In this document: positions 13,320 through 26,429 of the stretch, piece after piece
Layout of the letters: every line of letters begins with the position of its first letter
Position numbering within the stretch: the first letter of the stretch is position 1
DNA from: Eledone cirrhosa
Taxonomy: Eukaryota
NCBI GenBank assembly: GCA_964016885.1
Contig: OZ024741.1
Coordinates: 108,996,001-109,060,000, forward strand
Direction: 5' to 3'
Length of the DNA: 64,000 nt
Translations under genes and position numbers: made by a program
Notes under the pieces: model-generated
The model's input: the letters and a program-made list of their open reading frames with translations, nothing else
Databases searched by the model: none
What the model was told of the DNA's origin: nothing

Positions 13320-14441
13320 GTAGATAAATCTACCAAGAGTTTACGGTAGTGTCCAATCCGTATGAAGAACTCAATGTATTCCGGATATCATGGAAAGAAG
13401 AGATGTAATGAAAATCCAATTTCGGTGAAAGATAAACGGTATACAGAGTCAAGATAAAATATTAAACAAATAATGAACAAACAATTCCTTATATTAAACA
13501 AAAAAAGTTCACTATTTAACGATCGTTTCTAGGGTATATATGTGTTATAATTGGTATGCATATTTAACAGATCTATGTACAAAATTATACAAAATTATAC
13601 AAATTATCAAGATTAAATATACATACCCAACTCATATATACGCCGTCTTCAGAAATAATGAAGTATATTTATTGATAATAACAACAATTCAAAATATCAG
13701 TTCAAAATTGACCAATGAAAACACAAAGGGTTAAAAAGCAGTTTGGTGTGTGTATATACATGTAAAACCCCACACACATTTTACAATAATGTGTGTATAA
13801 TTTGTATGTGCATACTAAAAAGATGGATGCAAATAAAAAATTTCAAGGTTAATATCTCTGTAAGCTTAATGCGCTGATAAGATACGCAATGATACTTATG
13901 GAGTCAAGCACATAAATATATTTTTTTCATACTCACACATATCAGCATAATCACACATACATGTGCGTATATATATAAATATACACATAACCACGAACAC
14001 ACAAACACACACACTCTCCCACTCACATTTATATATGTGGATATAAAATCATAAGCAAATAGAAATTAAGTCACTCACATAAACACACTGGCACACACAT
14101 TTCAAGATCAAGATACAGAAATTAGGTGGGAGGGGGGGGAGGGGTCAGTATTAGGTTGTCAGACCAGACAGCCTAATATAAATGTATCTATAAATTATGA
14201 AAAATAAAAAAAAAAATAAAAAAATAAAAACAATAAAATATAATACATATAATATAATGTACATACGCATACAGATATACATACACATACATACATGTAC
14301 GCGCACATAGAGATATCTACACATACATACATACACACATACCTATACTGTCATACACACACATACATTTACACGAACATACACATACACATATAAAAAG
14401 ATATAAATACGGACACACACACGCGCAACACATACACACAT

Positions 14442-14490
<49 letters not shown>

Positions 14491-14603
14491 TATACACACA
14501 CACATAGACTCATATATATATACATACACATACATACACTTATACACAAACATATATATCCCACACTCATACCACCATAAAAACACATACAAACATCCAG
14601 ATG

Positions 14604-14635
<32 letters not shown>

Positions 14636-14857
14636 TATATCAACATACACACACGTACACATATATGTATATATACATACATATATACACACATACACAT
14701 ATATATATACACACACACATAAAATACAGACATGCACATATATATATATATATATATATATTTCATTACTCTTATATATACACATAGTATATATACATAC
14801 ACAACCTCACTTATACACATATACACATAAGTTATATTACAATAATAATAAAGAATA

Positions 14858-14888
<31 letters not shown>

Positions 14889-15030
14889 TATACACACATA
14901 TACACATATACATACACATACATACATATACATACATACATACACATACGTACATACACCTAAATATAAACATATATAAATACACACATACGAATAAAGA
15001 CATATATTCACACATAGACACCTATATACA

Positions 15031-15061
<31 letters not shown>

Positions 15062-15091
15062 CTATATACACACACATAGACATACATACAC

Positions 15092-15126
<35 letters not shown>

Positions 15127-16212
15127 CACATACAGACACACATACACACTCACATATATATATATATATATATATATATGTGTATGTGAGTGTGCGCAAA
15201 CACACATATATACATACACACACACATAGAAACACACACAAACACATACATATGCATACGTGCACACACACACACATATATCACATAGATACGAAGATAA
15301 ACATATAAATAGAGAGACATACAAATATATACAGAACCCATATACACATACATACAAACACGCATATACATATATATACATATATACACACATATATAAT
15401 CCTATATACAAGCATACACATACACACACATATATACATATACATACACATATACATACCACACATTCACATACACGTACATATATAATACATATATATA
15501 CATATATATACATACATATGTATGTACAATCATATATACACACTCAATCTTACATTCATATTTACATGCTCATATATGTATTTTTATATTTAGAAATAAA
15601 TACCAAAAAAACTATATAGACACCCATCTACACATATATTCATACATATACACTTACAAAAACAGAAGATAATAATATGGGGGAAAGGGGGGGTTTGGAG
15701 AAGGGGATCAAAGTAAATATATGTTTCAAGAAACATATAATATTTTCCATATCTTAATTCAATGTATGTTCCCACATATTTACAGTGCTAGGAAATACGA
15801 AATCTATGCATCACAAAATAAAAAAGTATACCATTAATCATATGTCAACTAAACCAAAGATAGTCAACATATTGATTTCCAAGGTGTAAATTAGTTAGGT
15901 TTATAATATTTGAAGCAGAATTATGAAGTCAAACAGTAGTAGATTATTAATTACATTATAACTAAATTAAAGTTAATAACGTTATGGTATCAATATTAGG
16001 AGATGAATTTAGTAATAGGGAAAAGAAACCCAAATAAAAATAAAATAAAGTATTACATCGGTAGTAGCATATAAATTATATGTTAACTAAGTTAAAAATT
16101 ATATATTTATTTCAATAGTATATGTTAATTAGTATATGTTAATTAGGTATACAATACATAAAGCAGATATTGTATTTCATCAATAGCATAATATAATTAT
16201 ATGCAAATAAAA
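13320..16212 (-). repeat. 5' pseudo-LTR of element A
   Basis: Direct repeat of 7131-10016. Confidence 0.95.
13508..13662 (-). ncRNA. Type I hammerhead with 116-nt stem II (element A, 5' pLTR)
   Basis: Identical to 7319-7473; lies ~340 nt upstream of the ORF ATG. Confidence 0.8.
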
Positions 16213-16846
16213 GTGTGCCAGTGTGTTTATGTGAGTGACTTAATTTCTATTTGCTTATGATTTTATATCCACATATATAAATGTGAGTGGGAGAGTGTGT
16301 GTGTTTGTGTGTTCGTGGTTATGTGTATATTTATATATATACGCACATGTATGTGTGATTATGCTGATATGTGTGAGTATGAAAAAAATATATTTATGTG
16401 CTTGACTCCATAAGTATCATTGCGTATCTTATCAGCGCATTAAGCTTACAGAGATATTAACCTTGAAATTTTTTATTTGCATCCATCTTTTTAGTATGCA
16501 CATACAAATTATACACACATTATTGTAAAATGTGTGTGGGGTTTTACATGTATATACACACACCAAACTGCTTTTTAACCCTTTGTGTTTTCATTGGTCA
16601 ATTTTGAACTGATATTTTGAATTGTTGTTATTATCAATAAATATACTTCATTATTTCTGAAGACGGCGTATATATGAGTTGGGTATGTATATTTAATCTT
16701 GATAATTTGTATAATTTTGTATAATTTTGTACATAGATCTGTTAAATATGCATACCAATTATAACACATATATACCCTAGAAACGATCGTTAAATAGTGA
16801 ACTTTTTTTGTTTAATATAAGGAATTGTTTGTTCATTATTTGTTTA

Positions 16847-16855
<9 letters not shown>
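16213..16855 (+). repeat. Inverted 643-bp copy of the element A 3' region
   Basis: Reverse complement of 7265-7907. Confidence 0.95.
16647..16801 (+). ncRNA. Type I hammerhead with 116-nt stem II (element A, inverted piece)
   Basis: TTCATTATTT-CTGAAGA-[116 nt]-GAA-ACGATCGT-T-AAATAGTGAA: 10-bp stem I, palindromic stem III, GUU site at 16789-16791. Confidence 0.8.
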
Positions 16856-16888
<33 letters not shown>

Positions 16889-17076
16889 GTACACCCACAA
16901 TTAATTATAATAAAAAATAAAAAATATACGACTTAAGAAAAGAAAATTTGTTATGAAGTTGACAGCGATACAGGAAAGGACACAAATAAATAAAAAAAAC
17001 ACACGTGGTAAGCAATACACACATTTACACATACATATAAATATATGCATACGCACACACATACATATATATATAT

Positions 17077-17163
<87 letters not shown>

Positions 17164-17639
17164 AAAATACATAAATATTATACATATATAAAAATAAAAA
17201 GGTGGAAGGGGTAAACAGATAGTTGGGAATACGACAAATAATAAATAAATAAATAAATAGATAAAATTATAAATGTTTATAGGTGGTTTAGACCACTCAA
17301 CAAGTTCCTGGAGCAAATAATCAATGAAAATAAATATTAAATCACTCTGTATGTAATTATGCATATACATGCACATATATATATATACACGCAAGGGCAT
17401 CCAGCTGTAGAAATCAAGCCAAATCAGTTCCTGTATGAGCAAGGCATGGTCAGCCGACCAGACACTGCCCACAACAGGACAACCCGTCTAACCCATGCTA
17501 GCGTGGAAGAACAGACGTAAAACGGTGATGATGATGATGGTGACACACACACATAACCATACAAATACATATATATATATATATAGGAAAATGTATGACC
17601 CGGACGGAAGAACTCAAGCCGTTTCGACGGCTATTATAT

Positions 17640-17650
<11 letters not shown>
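16856..17650 (-). mobile_element. Proximal part of the inverted pseudo-LTR of PLE family B
   Basis: Diverged reverse complement of about 19085-19805. Confidence 0.8.
17392..17543 (+). mobile_element. 5'-truncated SINE 3' tail ending in (GAT)n
   Basis: aagggcatccagctgtagaaa...aacccatgctagcgtggaagaacagacgtaaaacggtgatgatgatg; absent from the paralogous arm near 19220, so a later insertion. Confidence 0.7.
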
Positions 17651-17668
<18 letters not shown>

Positions 17669-17672
<4 letters not shown>

Positions 17673-18585
17673 AACCTTATTATAAACCTTATCATAAACC
17701 TAACGAAAATCTAAGATATATACACAAAGAGTCTTGCCATCCCCCTATAGTTTAAAAAAATCTTATTTCCAATATTAGCCGTATGATTTCTACCTTATCT
17801 CCGTCTCTAGACATTTTTAACAAAGCCGCCCCTTATTATAATAAAGCCCTTAATAACAGCGGCTTTACAGAACACATTAAATATTTACCTACTCTTCCCC
17901 CTAAAACTAATCACAATAATAGGAAAAGGAAAATTATTTGGTTAACACCCCCCTTCTCTCTAACTTTCAAAACTAATGTAGGAAGGAAATTCCTTCACCT
18001 CTTAGACAAACATTTCCCCCCTAATCATAGATATTATAAGACATTTAATAGAAATGTAGTTAAAATCAGTTACTCTTGCTGCCCATCAATGTAGTCTAAA
18101 ATTACCAATTCTAATCGTACGAGAATAAATCCAGATGCAGTTGCAGGATGAATGCCCATTACAGGGAAAATGTAATACCAAATCCGTTGTATATGAGGCC
18201 AAAGTGACATTTTTGATTAACAACCAGCCAGGAGTGAACGATATGTTGGCATGACTCAGGACAGGTTCAAAACCAGGTTTTATGCACATGTCGCTTCTTT
18301 TAAACACTCTGATAAAAGAATAGCAACGGCTCTCGCAAATAATTCAAAGATAAAAACATCCCGTACTCTATCGATTGGTCTATTTTAGACCATTTGAGGG
18401 AATACCAAAGGGGCACAAAGAATTGTTCTTTGTGAACCACTGAAAAATTTAGAATTCTATAAAACTTGAAAGCCACTTCAACTTGTCTGAACTCCAAGAC
18501 CGAGTTCTTCAGATGTTGTCCTCACCTGAAATCACATCTGCTCTCTAACTGGATTGACATTCCTACGATGACTCAACCACCTTGA
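17669..18585 (+). pseudogene. 5'-truncated, decayed Naiad-type PLE ORF (thumb, linker, GIY-YIG), family B
   Basis: YKPYHKPNENLRYIHKESCHPP, RKRKIIWLTPPF, CSCR..CPLQGKC..VVYEA, CSL*TTEK, CCPH; several stops and frameshifts. Confidence 0.9.
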
Positions 18586-18824
18586 ATTTCTTCTCTGCTC
18601 TTTACGCCTTACATCCACTACGATTTTTATTACTCTCTGAACTCACTTTCTATACCCTTATATCTTTTTCTCCCTTATCTCCCCTTATATTTTAACTTTT
18701 TCCTATGTTATTTATTTTCCTTATTCCCCCTTACTTTCTACCTTACCCTTTACATACCCACCTTTTTTATTTATAGATATTTATTTCTGTGTGTATGTAT
18801 GTGTTGTGTATATGTCTATATATG

Positions 18825-18921
<97 letters not shown>

Positions 18922-19157
18922 GTGTATATAATTATATATATATCTGTATGCATATGTATGTGTATATATATATATAGATATTTCTGTGTGTGTGTGTTTA
19001 TATCTGTGTGTATATTTTTATTAAGGTGGTGACGTAACTTTTTGTATATATGTGTGTGTATATTAGTGTGTATATGTGTATTTATATATATATTTATATA
19101 TATATATATAATAGCCGTCGAAACGGCTTGAGCTCTGCCGTCGGGGTCATACTTTTT

Positions 19158-19202
<45 letters not shown>

Positions 19203-19456
19203 TTGTATGGTTGTGTGTGTGTGCGTGTGTATGTGTATGTATATGCATAATTACATACAGAATGATTTAATGTTTATTTTCATTGATTATTTGCTCCAGG
19301 AACATTGTTGAGTGCTCTAAATCAGCTATAAACATTTATACCTTTATCTATTTATTTATTTATTTATTACTTGTCGTATTTCCAAATATTTGTTTACCCC
19401 TTCCACCTTTTTATATTTATATATATATAATATTTATGTATTTTCTTATATATATA

Positions 19457-19603
<147 letters not shown>

Positions 19604-19965
19604 TTATAAGTATGTATGTGTATGTGTATGTGTAAATGTGTGTATTGCTTACCACGTGTGTTTGTTTATTTATTTGTGTCCTTTCCTGTATCGCTGTCAA
19701 CTTTATAATAATTTTTATTTTCTTAAGTCGTATTTTTTTTTTTATGTGACGGCCTATTGCATTATATGGTTGTTCATTGTTTTTTTTTCTTATAATTAAT
19801 TGTGTGTGTGCGTATGTAGGTGTGTGTACATATATCTATATGCGTATGTAGGTGTGTGTACATATACATATATGTGTGTGCGTATGTATTCCTTTTCCAG
19901 CCTCACTTTCATATAGATTATATTTTTGTTTTTAAAATCCTCTGTCAATAAATACACCAGGATTT

Positions 19966-20026
19966 TTTCATTCTGATGACTGAAAGCAAATTTTGTTTGC
20001 TTTCAAGAAACCACTGGTAAATGAAA
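19966..20026 (+). ncRNA. Type I hammerhead ribozyme (PLE family B)
   Basis: TTTCATT-CTGATGA-C TGAAAGCAAA ttttg TTTGCTTTCA A-GAA-ACCA c TGGT-A-AATGAAA; GUA site. Confidence 0.9.
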
Positions 20027-20055
20027 TAATTATCTTATGTTGTTTATTACATAAC

Positions 20056-20140
<85 letters not shown>

Positions 20141-20145
<5 letters not shown>

Positions 20146-20482
20146 TAACAGATTAAAGTTTAAGCAAAGAATCGCTGCTTTCACCCTTAACGGGATCTTC
20201 TGAAACTAACAAAGTCAATCTGTAAACGCAGAAGTGGATATTTCAAAAAACGTTGCAACCGGAGGAAGACAGCAAGACGATACTTTGGTTCGTGGAAACG
20301 TTCCCTGGCAAAGAACGGGGAAAAACGAATATAATACGTCATTATTTGGAGCGGTGAAAAACAATTACACGCAACGACAGAACCACGTTTATATATTTGC
20401 TCTACGGTTCTTATATATTTGATATATATTTATCCTTATCGAGCCCTCTTTGGATTTTAGTCTTCAAATTTATTTTTATTAC
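20141..20482. mobile_element. PLE-like remnant, family C, tail-out; CAGAAGA hammerhead-like motif at 20157-20207 (-)
   Basis: Minus piece 20141-~20385, plus-strand tail ~20390-20482; homologous to the other family C copies. Confidence 0.7.
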
Positions 20483-20483
20483 T

Positions 20484-21027
20484 ATATAAAATCAAATAGA
20501 GAAAAAGTTTTTAAATAAATTTTAAAAAATTCGCTGTACTTACTATATGTGCCTTTACCGCGGTTTCAAGCCTCAGAATAAACGCAAAATCGAAGTGGAC
20601 TTCCATTGAGAAGGGAGCTATCTTCAGAAGGCTCTTCTCCCTCGGAGAATATAAAATTCCCGAGTTCAAATCACAAACTGACGCCATACAAAACCATTCC
20701 CAAATGAGAGCGAATGATGAGAGAAATAATTCTGTCTGGTGCCGTGTGCAAAGACAAAAGGCATGGTTGACAGGTCAATATCCTGCCACTAGAAATAGCA
20801 GCAGTCCAAACGGCCAAAGTTTTATCTCTACCTTAGGGGTAGATCAATAATAATAAAGTATGAATTCCTACGTGTAAAAAATACATATAGGGAAACAAGT
20901 ATTATCCAACCGTATGCCAATGTGGTTCTATGGCGGGTTAATAAATTAACAAGACAGAACATATAAAATCAAGGTCTAGCAAATAGAGAAAATGTTTTAA
21001 AATAAAATTTAAAAAATTCGGTGTACT

Positions 21028-21030
<3 letters not shown>
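20484..21030 (-). mobile_element. Non-coding ~480-nt HHR unit with ~60-nt terminal direct repeat (retrozyme-like)
   Basis: 20484-20542 is repeated at 20961-21030; one HHR next to the repeat; no ORF; (TA)n flank. Confidence 0.6.
20551..20632 (-). ncRNA. Type I hammerhead with ~53-nt stem II domain
   Basis: GCCTT-CTGAAGA-tagctc...gaggctt-GAA-ACCGCGGT-A-AAGGC; palindromic stem III, GUA site. Confidence 0.8.
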
Positions 21031-21072
<42 letters not shown>

Positions 21073-21076
<4 letters not shown>

Positions 21077-21261
21077 GTTTCTTCTTTTGGCACAAAGCCG
21101 GCAATTACACCAGTACATTACTGGTACTTTATTTTATCAACCCCGTAAGGATGAAAGGCAAAGTTACCCTCGGCGGGATTTGAACTCAGATCGTAAAGGG
21201 CCGTAACTCTATGCTGCACAGCATGGCGTCCGACCCTCTACCGATACTGCCAATCCGACCC
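21073..21261 (-). mobile_element. tRNA-derived SINE (same family as 5457)
   Basis: Reverse-complement match including A and B boxes and tail. Confidence 0.85.
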
Positions 21262-21679
21262 TTATATATAATGTATATACTTTAGAAGCGTCATGCTGCT
21301 AATAAAAACACACAATTCATTATCAACTCCCAGTCGGTTAGTTTAATAACCAGACGTTGTCATCAAATTTCTTTCGTCACACATTCCGTGACCTCCCGAG
21401 AGACTACATTTGTACTTATTTTGTGTCTCTCCTTTGTTCTGTCCTACACCATTTTGTTTTGTGAGCTGTATATTTGGGCTGTGCATGCGCTTTATACCGG
21501 TTTGTGTGCGTTTATATTTATTTATCTAATTTAATATATATATTTGATTATTTATTTATACATTTATTTACTTGTCACTTGTTGATTACATGTTTCATTT
21601 GTGGGTGTCTTGTCTGTTTTATTTGTTCAGTTCTGGTGTGTCTCTATATGTCTTTATCGTGCCCCTAGTTACTAGTTAC

Positions 21680-21714
<35 letters not shown>

Positions 21715-21739
21715 TAAATATGTGTGTGTGTGTGTGTGT

Positions 21740-21776
<37 letters not shown>

Positions 21777-21779
<3 letters not shown>

Positions 21780-22332
21780 GGTTTGGACAAGACAATGGAA
21801 AGACCTAGCATCATAGCATCATAATTTTGAAATATCTATAAAACCGTCAAAAGCTTGTTTATTTTTATTGTTCTCGAGGTGGTCATTAAGCTCTGCGGTA
21901 ATTTTGGGAGCTGTACTTTTGTGATCCTTTCTAACAATTTGCGTAAGAGTCCGACGGTCCTTATCTGAAAGTTTTGGTTTTCTACCGGAGTTTTGTTTCG
22001 ACGAGGAGTTTTTTCCTTCTTTCTCAAAGGCTGTCATTACTATCGAGACAGTACTTCTTGATACACCAAACATTTCGGCTGTTTTCGTTACGCTAGCGCC
22101 CGCCATACGAGCACCAACAATTTAACCTCTTTGAAAGTCCGATAGATCTGTAATTTTAATGAATTTTAATTACCTTTTTCTGATGATATCTGAAAAGAAA
22201 CAGCAATTTTAACAAAACATATTAAGCAAGACTAATAATAAATAAAATAAACAAGCTTTTGACTGTTTTATAGATATTTCAAAATTATGATGCTATGATA
22301 GCAGGTGTTTCCATTATTTTGTCCAACTCCTG
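21777..22332 (-). mobile_element. Internally deleted Tc1/mariner DNA transposon
   Basis: ~90-bp imperfect TIRs (CAGG...CCTG) flanked by TA; N-terminal HTH of a Tc1 transposase (AEMFGVSRSTVS...SGRKPKLSDKDRR); no DDE domain. Confidence 0.9.
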
Positions 22333-22432
<100 letters not shown>

Positions 22433-23497
22433 TATATGTGTATATATATTTCGTTGATTTGGTCTGGAGAAAGATTCGGTATCCATGACATTCTCATCTC
22501 ACCGATTAACCAATACGATTAATACCATTGATGTTACCCTACGGAGTGGACCAGGAGCTCGGCCGTACCCTGGTAGTATTAAACATGCTTGACACAGCCC
22601 AACGAAATTTAAGTACATACATATGGCACTGTTGTAACTGATGTTACATTACTCATCTTACGTAAGAATTCAATACGTCACGAGGATTTTATATTTGCAG
22701 GTGAACAATTGTTGTTTCAAACCATTTTTCCTGGTCGTTTTACATACACAAATGCTGGATGTTGTCAGTCAGCTATTCTCAACAATGATGGATGCAGGTG
22801 TTGCATCTACAATACAGTGGATATGATTGCATCTCTTCCATCGTAGTTTGCAGTCACCTATAAATGGAGGATATGTGCTTAAGATTTTCTCTTCTCCATA
22901 GTTGAGTGCAACAAGCGGATGAAATTAAGTATCATATCTGAACGAATTTAATTAGATATTTATACCTGAAAAACCTTTTATCTCATGCCTATTCGTTCAG
23001 ATTTGACCTGAGGCAAAAGAAAGTAGACTACTACAAGAAATGTAATTGTTTGATGACCACACATTCAACAGGGGTGATTACAATAAAATAAAGAATTGAA
23101 ACCATATCACTGCATCAGCTCACTAGAAGTCGGACAACTAATTTACAGTAATGGTAACCAACGAAAATGAAAATAGCGCCGAAGAGAGCAGGTGAGACAG
23201 CTAGGGTGGAACAGAGAATAAACGAAAACCAGCATGAAACACATAATTAACTAGCTGACGAAATAAAGGAAGAATGGAGTAAAGCAACATAAGTAGCAAA
23301 ACCAGTTTTGTGCAAGTGTGTGTACTGTATATATTAATCCGTTTATCTTCTGTAGACATAAGTGTCACACTGGAACTAATGAAACTCCCCCCATTACGCC
23401 ATCTTGTCTGTTAATCCTTATAGAAATTTGGCGCCATGCCGATTTAAAAAAAAGTTCAAGCATGCTGACAAAATCCTTCATAAACACACCCGATAAT

Positions 23498-23572
<75 letters not shown>

Positions 23573-23607
23573 AGTAAAATATTTTCGAAACAGCCAGCGG
23601 GTTTGGA

Positions 23608-23843
23608 ATTATTATAAATGTAAGCTATCGCCGTATTTTGACTAAAGAAATTAAAGAAATTATTTAACCCGATAGTGGGGTTAAGAACCCTCGGTGAAAT
23701 GGAAAACGATGTGTATTGACCTTCATGTACGTCAATACTCATCTTTTTCCATTTCTCCGAGGGTTCTTAACCCCACTATCAAGTTAAATAATTTCTTTAA
23801 TTTCTTTAGTCAAAATACGGCGATAGCTTACATTTATAATAAT
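23608..23843. repeat. Near-perfect palindrome with 113-bp arms and a 10-nt loop, within a (TA)n-bounded segment 23571-23843
   Basis: 23608-23720 is the reverse complement of 23731-23843 with few mismatches. Confidence 0.9.
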
Positions 23844-23889
23844 ATATATATATATATTTCTATCTATCTAGCTATCTGTGTCTCTCTCA

Positions 23890-23949
<60 letters not shown>

Positions 23950-25929
23950 CTATCTTTCACACACACACTCACACACACTCACACACGCACACACCACACA
24001 CACACATATGCTTATTCGCAATGTGGTAGACCATAGATGTCTTTTGACTAGGACTGTTGTTTGTAAACGAGGTGAATATTACTGTTATTAATTGTATCCA
24101 TTCTAGAAATAAAAGAAGAAAAGAAAAGACAATACAAACATCAACCATTGGAGCATTTGAAGTTAGACCCTAGAATCAGGAATCTGTATTATATAAACCA
24201 TTAAACTGGATTGGAATAGCTGGAATTTCTAACACTATTAACATAAATGTGTGTTTATGAAAACAAATACCATATGTTTTTGTATAATAAACATACGAGA
24301 GCTTCGCTATGAATTTCTTTTTAAAGCTGTGATAAAAAAAAACTCTTAGTGAGACATTCGTATGTTTATTATACCTAAACATATATTAATATATTATATG
24401 CTTTCATATACCTCTCACGATCAATCACGTTATGTTAGGGCAATTTCTAATACTATTAGCATGTAAATTAGCTTATCTTATCTTTCGATAATCCAACGAG
24501 GAAAGATGTAATATTTCAGGAGTTTTAATGTAGATTAACTTCAATTCATCACACAGTTTTACACAACCGTCTCCTGCACTCCAAAACTAGAAATTAACAG
24601 TTTGGTTTTATACTTCTATATTTGTGTCAAAATTATCAAAAAAAAAAAAAAAGAAATCTTGTTGATTCGTTGTTGAACGAAACATGATGGCGAATCTTTC
24701 TGAATAAAACGTATATCAATATTCTGGGTCGAATTTGTTCGTCGCCTTCCTGGTAATCGATAAATTATATTACAGGTAATTGCTACAGTCGATATAATCG
24801 GCCATTCCGTCCCTAAAATTAGTTGAAATCATTATAGTTATTGCCCAAAGGGAGGCAGCATATGAGAATCGATGAAATAAAAGATAGGCTTTTTGGAGAA
24901 GGTAATTATGATCTTTGACTTTTTGGTTTGAAATACCGCTTGTACTGATTCCCGATATTACGTTTGACGTAAGCACTTATAAATATTTTTCTCACAGGAT
25001 GCCAAACGAAAATCTTGTACATATTAATAAATTTTCTAATCATTTTCTGACTTAGTCATACAGGTCTAGTAAATAATAACAGCAGCCGTATCACAAGTAT
25101 TGTGTCCGATGTAAAACAGTTTACTCATTCACCATACTAATATGTCTATGCAGCGGATTTCATGACGAAATGCAATATAAACTATATAGCCAAACTTCGG
25201 CAAATGCAACATCACCTGGTTTAATATATAGTGTGTGAGTATGTGATTATGCTTGTGTTTTATGTATGTATGTACATACGTACGTATGTATGTATGTACG
25301 TACGTACGTATTTATGTATGTACGTACGTACGTATTTATGTATGTATGTATGTACGTATGTATGTGTATATGTATAGCTGCATAGATAGACAGTCAGACA
25401 AAGAGGCAGGTAGATTGATATAGGGACTGTCGATTCGCTAATTAGAACCATCACGAGCCTCGTGAGTTGGAATGGCTCTTACAGCGCATTTCCCTTACCA
25501 TCTTTCGGGGAAACGCCTTCTCCATTCTATCCACCGGAGCTGTGGAGAGGCCACCAATATGATTACTTAACCTTTTGTATATGGACTGGAGTATATAACT
25601 GTTGTTGAGTCAGCCATCTATTACAGACTAAGTATTTTAACACCATATAAATTATGAGGAAGAAAGATATGTGCTCACTCTTTACGTATATCAATGTAGT
25701 GTCTCCATTTCATAAGCTCTAATTTGGCTTCACTGAATAGCTGCACACAGGTATTATATTGTATAACCTACAGGTGTATGGACCGCTATACATATTTTTA
25801 AATTACAATTTATAATATGCGACATGTTAAAGTGCCTTGCATTACAAGTTCTCAAACCTCATTCACTTAACGAGTGGGTGGAACTCGGAGAATCGGACCA
25901 AGGAAACAATATTTTCATTGGTCTTTACA

Positions 25930-26060
25930 TAGCTGATACTATCTACCTATTGCACTATTGACAGCAAGAGCAGCATGAAATGGAGTGTCATGCTCAAGGA
26001 CATAACGCATAGGCCGGTCCGGGAATCAAAGTCATAACTTAACGATTGCGAATCCAATTA
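25930..26060 (-). mobile_element. Old tRNA-derived SINE fragment (different family)
   Basis: Minus strand ttgattcccggaccgg...gttatgtccttgagcatgacact: degenerate B-box followed by a gtccttgagcaagacact-like SINE domain. Confidence 0.45.
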
Positions 26061-26365
26061 TATAAAAACTAGTTAACGTGAGTTAAACTGGTTGATTTCA
26101 TAGGATGACGGGCATTTAAAAATGCCAGTCTGTCTCACTAAAGAACCACAACATGACCTCTTCCGCGCTCTCTACGATGGTATATTTTTAGAGTGACCTC
26201 CCCTATTGATATGTTTAAACGGAAGCTAACGGTTGCCTCAATGAAAGTGACCATACTATGCGCGGACAATCAATAGATGAATATATATATCCCCACTCTC
26301 AAGCGTGAACCTAAACCTAACACCTTTCGTAACTGTACTCCTTGTAGTTGTTATTTACTTTTCCA

Positions 26366-26429
<64 letters not shown>

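Larger units (their letters stand above)
7131..16855 (-). mobile_element. Full-length young Penelope-like retroelement A (Naiad-type): inverted 3' piece + pLTR + ORF + 3'UTR + pLTR, inserted in (TA)n
   Basis: Intact RT + GIY-YIG ORF; near-identical direct repeats 7131-10016 and 13320-16212; 16213-16855 is an inverted copy of 7265-7907; (TA)n at both ends. Confidence 0.95.

Noticed and set aside
7131-16212. LTR retrotransposon interpretation of the 2.9-kb direct repeats
   Set aside because: No gag, protease, integrase, TG..CA ends or PBS; RT + GIY-YIG and HHRs indicate PLE pseudo-LTRs.
18433-18435. TGA at the second Cys of the CxxC motif in family B (selenocysteine has been reported in some Naiads)
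   Set aside because: The copy has other stops and frameshifts, other Cys codons are normal, and no SECIS is evident; needs a family consensus to revisit.
22701-22846. Acceptor followed by 47 open codons with a CC..CRCC pattern
   Set aside because: Short enough to be chance, no upstream exon or family recognised; needs RNA-seq.
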